A stretch of DNA of 63,450 bases, counting the filler, from Octopus bimaculoides (Eukaryota), in NCBI RefSeq assembly GCF_001194135.2. It is 6 parts of 6 records of this genome, joined end to end, with 100 filler letters (N's around TTAATTAATTAA, not from the genome) between each part and the next. Parts side by side here need not be neighbours in the genome. Positions count along the whole stretch, not along the records: positions 45,043 to 57,189 come from NC_069005.1; positions 57,290 to 62,242 come from NC_068981.1; positions 62,343 to 63,450 come from NW_026357788.1; 3 more parts are not named here. One strand, given 5' to 3'. Numbering within the stretch: the stretch's first letter is position 1; each line of letters starts with the position of its first letter. This document shows positions 54,295-63,450 of the stretch, in pieces. The notes under the pieces were generated by a model. It made no database searches, was not told the DNA's origin, and saw only the letters and a list, made by a program, of their open reading frames with translations. Position numbers and translations under genes: made by a program.

Positions 54295-56623
54295 GCAAGT
54301 GGTGGTGGTGGTGGTGGTTTTAGTGGTTGGCGTTAGGTGGTTATTGTTGTTGTTGCTGTCGGTGGTATGATGGTGATAGTGGTAGTAGAGGTGGCTGAGG
54401 TCATCATGGTAGCAACAGTGGTACTTGTGAATTAGGACAGTGATAGCGGTGGTGGTGGTGGTGGTGGTAGTTGTCCGATGTGATGATTAGAGTGATGATG
54501 GTTGGTGGAAATGGTAGAGATGATTGTGATGGTGGTGGTGGTGGTGGTGGCGGTGGTGGTGGCAGTGGTGGTGGCGGCGGCGGCGGCGGTGGTGGTGTAA
54601 CTGAGGCGGTTGTTCCGTGGGCCGCACCATGGTCTTCGGCCATGGTGCCTGCGTCCTATAAAACACATCTAATAGGGTTGAACCCGGAAATACACAGCAA
54701 CAGCAACAACAACAACAACAGCAATCACCACTATCAACATCATCTCTACCACTGCAGTCATCATCCTCATCATCATCATCATTACCACTATCAACAGCAC
54801 CAGCAACACCAATTACGACCCTGCTGCGTACCAAACGTTTTTAAGACTTAATTTACGGCATCGCATGTATGTGTGTGTGAGCACATTTGCCTGTGTGTGT
54901 GTGTGACTGTGTGCATATGTGTCTGAGCATGCGCATGCGTGCGTTTGCGCATGTATGATGTGTGACTGCGCCTGTGTATGCATGTATCCGCATGTGCATG
55001 TGTTCATATGTATGTATGTATGTGTATGAGTGTATATGTATTGCACATGTGTGTCTGCATGTACATGTGTACTTGTATGTGTACGTTTGTGTATGTGTGT
55101 GTATGTGTGTGTATGTGAATGTGTGTGTGTGTGTTAAAGACTGTATTGATGTGCTTCACTGGGCCCAAGTTGTGGGGCAATTTAGAAGCTCGCCCCCCAG
55201 TTGCTATCTGTTTGATTGGTGGACGTGTCAGGTGGATGTGTCTGTGCCTGGAGCCGTGCCGGGTGGATGTTCTGCCGCGTGGTTGATTCGCTAAAGAAAT
55301 GTAAAACTGATCACGTTGAGAGAGAGAGAAAAAAAAATAATAAAATAAAATAAAATAAAACCAGGAGGATCTCACTTCCGCTCATTTTAACTGAATTACA
55401 TCACATTGCTCACTAAGTGGAGGATAACAGCAGCAGCAGCAGCAACAATAACAACAATGACAACGGCATCAACAACAACAATAAAAAAAGGACAACGAAG
55501 ACGTTTGAAAAACACAAAACAAAACAAAAAACAATATATAAAAAGTACACAAAAAATAAAATAATATGCAAATGAGAAACGAGGACGGGAACAACAAGAA
55601 CAACAACAACGACGACGACGACGACAACAACAACAACAACGACGACGACGACAACAACAACAACAAAGATTATCAAATATAACTATAGTAATTATTGACA
55701 GTAACAGTAACAATTATAAAAACCGATAACGAATGGCGGCGCCCCAGCATGGCCACAAGTTTTTGGGCTGGAAATATGAAGGAATAAAGGAATGATGACA
55801 GTAACATTAACAACAACAATAAAGGCGACAACGACAGCAACAGCGATGACTAGAATAGCAAATAATAGCAAACGAGTGTCATCGTCATCATCATCATCAT
55901 CATCATCAATAAGAACGATGTTTGTGGTGGTGTTGTAGACAATGTTGATGGTGCTGATGAAGGTGAGATACACAATGATGATGAGGCGGTGATAATGATG
56001 ATGATGATGGTAATAACGAGGGTCGTAAGGAGGAGGCCCATGATGATGATGATGACGACGACGACGACGATGACGACGATGATGATGATGACGATGACGA
56101 TGATGGTGAGGACGATGATGATAATGATGATGATGACGATGACGATGATGGTGAGGACGATGATGATGATGATGATGATGATGACGGTTGTGGCGGTGGC
56201 GGTGCTGTCGCTGTTTCGCAGACCCTGCAAGTCTGCTGCCAGTTTCTTGAGAGAAACGCAATCGAAGCCGCCATTCGATCGAGTCTGATGTTTTACATTT
56301 GTACCGGAAACAGTGTGAGATGTTTAAACACCAACCGGAAGCTGTCACTGGTGGAATAAAGTGGAGAGGAAGTGAGACGAGGTGAAGGAGGAAGTGGCGG
56401 GAGGTGGAGACGAGAAGGACGGCGAGAGCGGGAAAAGTGGGGTGAGCTTTTAAGTTGCAGTAGTAGTTGTAGTAGTAGTAGTAGTGGTGGAGGTGGTGAG
56501 GTGTGATTGTGGTGGGAGTGGTGATGGTGGTAGTAATGTAACCGTAGCAAAGCAGTGGTAGAAATAATAATAGCAGTAGCAGTAGCGGGAGTGGTGGTGT
56601 GTGGTAGTAGTAGCAGTAGTAGT

Positions 56624-56660
<37 letters not shown>

Positions 56661-56759
56661 ATAGTAATAGTAGTAGTAGTAGTATCAGCAGCAGTAGCAG
56701 TAGTAGTAGCAGTGGTAATAGTAGTTGTAGTGGTGGTGGTGGTAGTAGTAGTAGTGGTG

Positions 56760-56799
<40 letters not shown>

Positions 56800-56880
56800 T
56801 AGTAGTAGTGGTGGTGGTGGTAGTAGTAGTAGTAGTGGTGGAGGTTTGTGGCGGCGGTAATATTAGTGGTAGTCGTAGCA
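54295..56880. repeat. Mosaic of trinucleotide microsatellites (GGT, CAA, CAT, GAT, GAC, TAG, CAG) with short unique islands
   Basis: Directly visible; explains the poly-H/poly-S/poly-M pseudo-ORFs. Confidence 0.9.
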
Positions 56881-57304
56881 GCAGAACTGGTAGGCAGATC
56901 CTTTGTCAAGTGAAGAAGTGGAGGGGAGGTAATTCTCGTTGAATCCCATCTATAAAGATGAGAAAATGGTTGAGTGGGTAAAGAATCTGAATATACCAAC
57001 TCGAAGGGCAAGGGTTCTAATCCATTACAAGTACTTCGTTGTATCTCTGGGCAGACCACTTTATTCTATATTACGTCAGATTGAGTACAGATGTTCCTGA
57101 ATTAATTCCCCCCTCCCCCTCTCCCCTCCCCCTCATGTATTTCGTTGGTACTTTATTTTATTAATTCCTGGATTACGGTTTGATATAAGNNNNNNNNNNN
57201 NNNNNNNNNNNNNNNNNNNNNNNNNNNNNNNNNTTAATTAATTAANNNNNNNNNNNNNNNNNNNNNNNNNNNNNNNNNNNNNNNNNNNNATGTAAGTATG
57301 TATA

Positions 57305-57897
57305 GGCGCAGGAGTGGCTGTGTAGCTGGAAGCTTGCTTCCTAACCACGTGGTCCCGAGTTCGGTCCTACTTTGTGGCACCTTGGCCAAGTGTCTTCTAC
57401 TACACCCTCGGGCTGACCAAATGGATTAGGTAGACGGAAACTTAACGAAGCTCGTCGAATATATATTCTTTCATTTGTATCAGTCATTTGACTGCGGCCA
57501 TGCTGGAGCACCGCCTTTAGTCGAATAAATCGACCTCAGGACGTATTCTTTGTAAGCCTAGTACTTATCCTATCGGTCTGTTTTATCGAACATCGGTTGT
57601 CAAACGATGGTGGGGTGACAAACACAGATACTCAAATATGTAAATGCATACATACATACATACATACATACATACATACATACATACATACATGCATGCA
57701 TGTATGCATGTATGCATGCATGCATACATACATGCATATATACGACAGGCACATTTCAGTTTCCGTCTACCAAATCGACTCACAAGGCTTTGGTCAGCCC
57801 GAGGCTATAGTAGAAGACACTTACCCAAGGTACCAAGCAGTGAGACTGAACCCGGAACCATGTGGTTGGGAAGCAAGCTTCTTACCACACAGCCACT
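57305..57897. mobile_element. Inverted pair of family A SINEs (+ head 57305-57460; - copy 57466-57897)
   Basis: 57305-57460 is the approximate reverse complement of 57745-57897. Confidence 0.88.
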
Positions 57898-58440
57898 TCA
57901 TATATATATATATATATANNNNNNNNNNNNNNNNNNNNNNNNNNNNNNNNNNNNNNNNNNNNNNNNNNNNNNNNNNNNNNNNNNNNNNNNNNNNNNNNNN
58001 NNNNNNNNNNNNNNNNNNNNNNNNNNNNNNNNNNNNNNNNNNNNNNNNNNNNNNNNNNNNNNNNNNNNNNNNNNNNNNNNNNNNNNNNNNNNNNNNNNNN
58101 NNNNNNNNNNNNNNNNNNNNNNNNNNNNNNNNNNNNNNNNNNNNNNNNNNNNNNNNNNNNNNNNNNNNNNNNNNNNNNNNNNNNNNNNNNNNNNNNNNNN
58201 NNNNNNNNNNNNNNNNNNNNNNNNNNNNNNNNNNNNNNNNNNNNNNNNNNNNNNNNNNNNNNNNNNNNNNNNNNNNNNNNNNNNNNNNNNNNNNNNNNNN
58301 NNNNNNNNNNNNNNNNNNNNNNNNNNNNNNNNNNNNNNNNNNNNNNNNNNNNNNNNNNNNNNNNNNNNNNNNNNNNNNNNNNNNNNNNNNNNNNNNNNNN
58401 NNNNNNNNNNNNNNNNNNNNNNTATATATGTATATATATT

Positions 58441-59048
58441 GTGAAAATAATAAGGGTAGAAAATGTAGAAAAATTTTCATACCTGTGGATAGCATGCTTA
58501 GTTAAGACAATAGACAACATATTTTCATGTATATTAGTGTACAAACAGTGAAGTATTTATAAACGAAAAAGTGACCTTTGACAGGACAACTTACATGCTA
58601 GAAAGGGCAGTCAAAACCCAAACAACCAATGAAAGTAATTTCAAAGAGAATGAAAATAAAAATATTTTTATAGTTAACCACAAACTCTAGTTTCTTTATT
58701 AATGTGCAAATACATTAATTTGTCATCTGTACTTCATCAGTGAGGTCGCTATAATTAATATATAATTATACAGCTAATACATACCAAAAACACATGTACG
58801 TGCTGCATACTTATGCATTATATTTTCAAATACACCTCGCAAGCGCAGTTATATTTGGCAACAAATAATAATAAAATTAAAACTGCGTACCAGAAAGGCT
58901 TTGAAATTACGACAATTTTGCTGTGAAAATAATAATGGTAGAAAATTTAGAAAACTTTTCATACCGATCGCTAGCATGCGTAAGAAAGTCAATAGACAAC
59001 CTATTTTCATATATAATAGTGTACAAACAATTATTTATACACGAAAGA
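58441..59048. repeat. Diverged direct repeat of about 125 bp (58441-58570 and 58923-59048)
   Basis: Both start GTGAAAATAATAA(G/T)GGTAGAAAAT and share CAATAGACAAC...TATTTTCAT...TAGTGTACAAACA. Confidence 0.85.
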
Positions 59049-60255
59049 CACCACAACAAAATGTATAGAAAAATCTTGAAAAATATTGTATACTGCATCA
59101 ATTCTTCCTACATGGATTTAATAGAGAACACCCTAAAACCCTACTGCACCAACACAACAGCTCGTTTTACCACTATTACCTGCGAACAGTTGCATTACTG
59201 TCCATGCACATCTGGAAACTAAATGATATAAGAAGCAATACGAACATTACAGAAGGAATTGCAAAAAGAAAGCCAGCGTTTAGGTTGCGACTGTTGTCTT
59301 ACAGAATAATGAAAAATTTATCCGAGCTTATCTAAACTTATCACTAAGTAAAGAAGATCTTGATTACCATTAAACAGAATCAACTTCTGATATTTGACGA
59401 AATGGACTCGAAATAATCGAACATATGCCTGATGCAAGATATCTTATACGTTCAAATATATTAAATGCCATTTTATCTTCAATATTTTCGAACTCACTGT
59501 TGAGTATAATTGTTACTTGATACTGTTACTAGGATACTTTTATAACAAACACTACACATTGCCAACAAAGATGATTTGTATTAAGCACAGAAGCGTTTTC
59601 TACGAAGCGAACAAAAGCTTTGCTATATATATATATGTACATGATTGTATGTGTAGTGTGTGTGTGTATGTTTTTGTGTATGTGTGTGCATGTGTGTTTA
59701 TACGTATATATTCATATGTACACATACATAGCCACAATCATATATATTTACTTTTGAATCAACATTCGCTTATATAAAACCTCAAACGGAAGCAGTCGTA
59801 AATTCGTACACAATTTACGTACAGGCATATTAAATCTTACACACACGTTCATGCATACACTCAAACATAAGCACGCATACACGCTGTACACGTGCACACT
59901 AGCACATGCACACACATACACAAATATATTTGGAAAAATCGTTATCTGAAAGAATAGTTTCTTCACAATCAAAGTGAATTCTGCGTTGTACTATTGTAGT
60001 AGCGGTGTAAAATGAAGAAGTAAAACACAACTGAAATAGAAAATTAGCAAAGAAGCTTCTTCGTGGCCATTCAAGCTGTTAGAAATAGCAGTCAAACCAT
60101 TCTTAAATCACATCACACTATGTCTTAAAAAAAAGGCACGTTGATTAATGTGATCCTAGATACAATGAAGATGGAGAAGGAGATGGGGTGGTTACGGTTG
60201 TAAAGCCATTTTGTCATAGATCTTCTTACTCAGATCTGACCTGACACAGGCTCGC

Positions 60256-60309
<54 letters not shown>

Positions 60310-60319
60310 NNNNNNNNNN

Positions 60320-60356
<37 letters not shown>

Positions 60357-60820
60357 GCGCGCGCACACACAAAAAAGGTTCACATACACATCTATATACG
60401 CACACACACAAGAAAAAACAGGGTTAAAGCAAAATACAGAAATATGTGTAAAAAATAAAGCAATAAGAATATAAAAAGTAAAGGAGTAAAAAAGTTCATA
60501 GCAAACGCGTATGCACGCATGTGCGTGTGTGTGTGTGCGAGCGCGTGTGCGCGGGTATGTATATATTTTTTGGCGAATGTGTGGGTGAGCATGTATGTAT
60601 TTCAAGTGAGTGTGGATGAGTATATACAGATAGACACATGTACATGGGTGTGCTGGCGCGCATGAGTGTGTATGGACTTGCGCGCTTACGCGATTGCTAT
60701 GAGCATTTTTAATCACTTGTTTAGTTGTCATTTTAATAGCTCTTTTGTCTTAATAACGGTCAATCACACAGTAATTTCCCTTTGTTTAACGGTCATTTTC
60801 ATAGCACTTTTTGATGGCCC

Positions 60821-60881
60821 GATAACTGAAGAGATGCCGGTGCGGGTTTCCGCCACGACATCCGAAACTCGGAGTTTTATC
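60821..60881 (+). ncRNA. Type I hammerhead ribozyme motif (family B) in a Penelope-like pseudo-LTR (about 60690-60920)
   Basis: Stem I GAUAA/UUAUC, core CUGAAGA, stem II GAUG/CAUC extended to a GCGG(GUUU)CCGC cap, bulged C, GAAA, stem III ACUC-G-GAGU, GUU site (cut after 60876). Confidence 0.8.
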
Positions 60882-61055
60882 ATGGCTACCGAATAATTAT
60901 CACATATTATATTTACATATATATNNNNNNNNNNNNNNNNNNNNNNNNNNNNNNNNNNNNNNNNNNNNNNNNNNNNNNNNNNNNNNNNNNNNNNNNNNNN
61001 NNNNNNNNNNNNNNNNNNNNNNNNNNNNATATATATATATATATATATATATAAC

Positions 61056-62235
61056 TAATGCGGTTTTTTCAATTGCATGAACTAAAAGTCGGAGCGGGGT
61101 GGGATAAACTACCTGCACCAGCTTGCTATAACAGTAAGTAATAATTTTACCTTATTTTTATTTTTTGAACAGTGCAGTTCAATTTTAGCTATAATGGAAG
61201 TAACAAAGCAGTGGAATGTGCAAGCAATATTAATACAGTATATGGGAATCGGACGATTAGCGTAAGACAGTCTCAACCGTAGTTCCAGAAATTCTGTACT
61301 GGAAACTACAGCCTAGAAGACGATCCTTGTCCTGGAAGATCTTTAGAGCTCGACGAGGGTGTCCTGAAAACCCTGGTGGAATACTATCCCATTATAACTA
61401 TTAAGGAACTAGCAGATGAGCTTGGATTTGGTCATTCAGTCATTCATCGACACCTGCCATCGGAAAATTCAGCAAATTGGGTGATTGGGCTCCTTAGAAA
61501 GTTTCCGAGTCTAATCACGCAGAGAGTGAATGTGTGCTCTTCTTTGATGTCACGTTTTACGAATGAACCTTTTTCGGACCGAATAGTGACGAGTAATGGG
61601 TCTCTATAAAAATGTCAAGTGCCGAAGAGAGTGAGTAAAGAAAGGAGAAACATCGGCACCCCAGGCTAAGAAGGTCTTCACCCACATAAGGTGTTATTAT
61701 CTGTTTGGAGGAATATAAATGGTTTAGTCCGACTTAAAACTTTTAAACCCAAAACAAACAATAACAAAAGAGATCTACTGCGAGCAGCTTGAGCCGCATA
61801 AGTTAGTGTTTGAAGAAAACCAACCATCTTTGGCGTCACGACGAGAGGTATTTTTTCCATCAGGATAATGCTCGGACACTGTATGTGGCCGAGAATGACA
61901 TTCCAAAGGCTGGAGTAGTTTGAATGGGTAACGATGTCCTACCCACTTTATTGTTGGACATTGCGCCATCTGATTATCATTTATTTCGCAGTCTTCAAAA
62001 TCATGTGGACGGAAAAAATATGAATTCTATAGACGAGGTCAGAACTGTGCTGAAGAAGTATTTTTCGTCATGGACAAGGGAATTTTGGAAGAGGTTCCTT
62101 GCAAATTTACCAGATAGATGGAAGAACATTGTAGAAAATGGAGGAGAGTATATTTTAGATTAAAAAAGAACTTTATCTTAATTTTGAAAAATAAAAGAAG
62201 TATAAGAAAGCCGCATTATTTATGGGATGACCATA
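61056..62235 (+). mobile_element. Mariner relic, near full length; outer 5' TIR lost
   Basis: ATG 61194 MEVTK; YSLEDDP; LADELGFGHSVIHRHL; DIAPSDYHLFRSLQNH; stop 62163; 3' TIR CCGCATTATTTATGGGATGACC with partial 5' match TAATGCGG. Confidence 0.92.
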
Positions 62236-63134
62236 TATATATNNNNNNNNNNNNNNNNNNNNNNNNNNNNNNNNNNNNNNNNNNNNTTAATTAATTAANN
62301 NNNNNNNNNNNNNNNNNNNNNNNNNNNNNNNNNNNNNNNNNNATATATATATAGTATATACATATGGATATTGGTAGGCATTGCTAATATCAAAACTATT
62401 TCATGGTTTTTGGTTAAACTCTAATCGTTTTACATCAGTATTTTGAATTCCGTTGGATAACCACGTAGTTATGCTTTTATGAATGAAGTATCTCTTTTTT
62501 TTTTCTGTATCAGATTCAATCTACTCAACGAACAACCCAACAGTATTTCCAGAAATATTGAAATCCAGCAATGCATTTGTACAATTTATAAAACTATATG
62601 CATCTCTCCTATATATTTAAGAATCTTAGCTATAATTTGTAATACAACAGCTGCACTCTTTATTGCACAGATTATGAATACCATTAAATAATCATTTTCT
62701 ATCCCAACACTCTATCACATTAAACATACCGCAGGTTACAAAATACCATTTCATTAGTCTCAAACCTAATGTGTTGGATCGATTTGTGTTATTGTTATAA
62801 TAAAGAAGCGGAAAGTTTTATCTATAAAAGTATATTCATAATGCAAGACATGCTACCATAAATCAATGAATAAATAAAACCTCTCAGAAAATTAGAATAA
62901 TTTAAATCACTATGACGTCATTGACTATTTTTCTCTTAACAATGTTTATAAACCTGAATCAATAATTCTTAAATTTTGAAAAAAATATATCTTAACGTAT
63001 ATTATTCCTATTTTGAGGAGATTCTATATATATATTCGTGAGTAAAATATTGAAGATATTTCTTTCAGAATAGTATGTGTGGCGTTATATCTATAAGTTG
63101 TAAAAATATACAGTAGAGTACAAAAATATTATTC

Positions 63135-63312
63135 TTTTACTCTTTTACTTGTTTCAGTCAATTGACTGTGGTCATGCTGGAGCACCGCCTTTAGTCGAGC
63201 AAGTCGACCCTAGGACTTATTCTTTGAAAACCTAGAATTTATTCTATCCGATTCTTTTTGCCGAACCGCTAAGTTACGGGAACGTAAACACACAAGCATC
63301 GGTTGTTAAGCG
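63135..63312 (-). mobile_element. SINE family A 3' half
   Basis: Matches 57466-57600. Confidence 0.88.
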
Positions 63313-63367
63313 ATATTAATTTATATATATATTTATATATATATACATTTAAAAAAAAAAAATTAAG

Positions 63368-63450
63368 TTTCAGCTTAGAGCTGCGACCATGCTGATGCAG
63401 CACCATGTTGCTACACTGTTATTACAGGGAGCCTCTTACAATATGTGGCA
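63368..63450 (-). mobile_element. 3' end of the same CR1-group LINE as 7142-7343 (continues beyond window)
   Basis: Three mismatches over about 83 nt versus 7144-7226. Confidence 0.8.

Overview
Repeat-rich, AT-rich animal genomic DNA, not prokaryotic. The SINE families, mariner relics and very dense di-, tri- and tetranucleotide microsatellites resemble an Octopus/cephalopod assembly (inference). Five 100-bp gaps carry an artificial TTAATTAATTAA linker, so the window is six joined segments and adjacency across them is unverified. No complete gene is visible. The best host-gene signal is a minus-strand first coding exon at 29862-29934 encoding a signal-peptide-like 24-mer with a perfect CAG|GTAAGT donor; a weaker plus-strand exon candidate lies at 37975-38058. 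Identifiable relics are four mariner elements, CR1, RTE, Penelope (GIY-YIG), hAT and possible L1/Tx1 and I-group fragments, plus about 20 tRNA-derived SINE copies. The most notable observation is a set of hammerhead-ribozyme motifs from four apparent families. Four fold completely by hand (43114-43176, 43606-43694, 43807-43895, 60821-60881) and two are partial (40459-40501, 51380-51415). Four of the six cluster at 40.4-43.9 kb in diverging inverted-repeat arrangements typical of Penelope-like insertions. One sits downstream of a tRNA-like Pol III head inside a Penelope 3' end. All folds and translations were done by eye; nothing was computed or searched.
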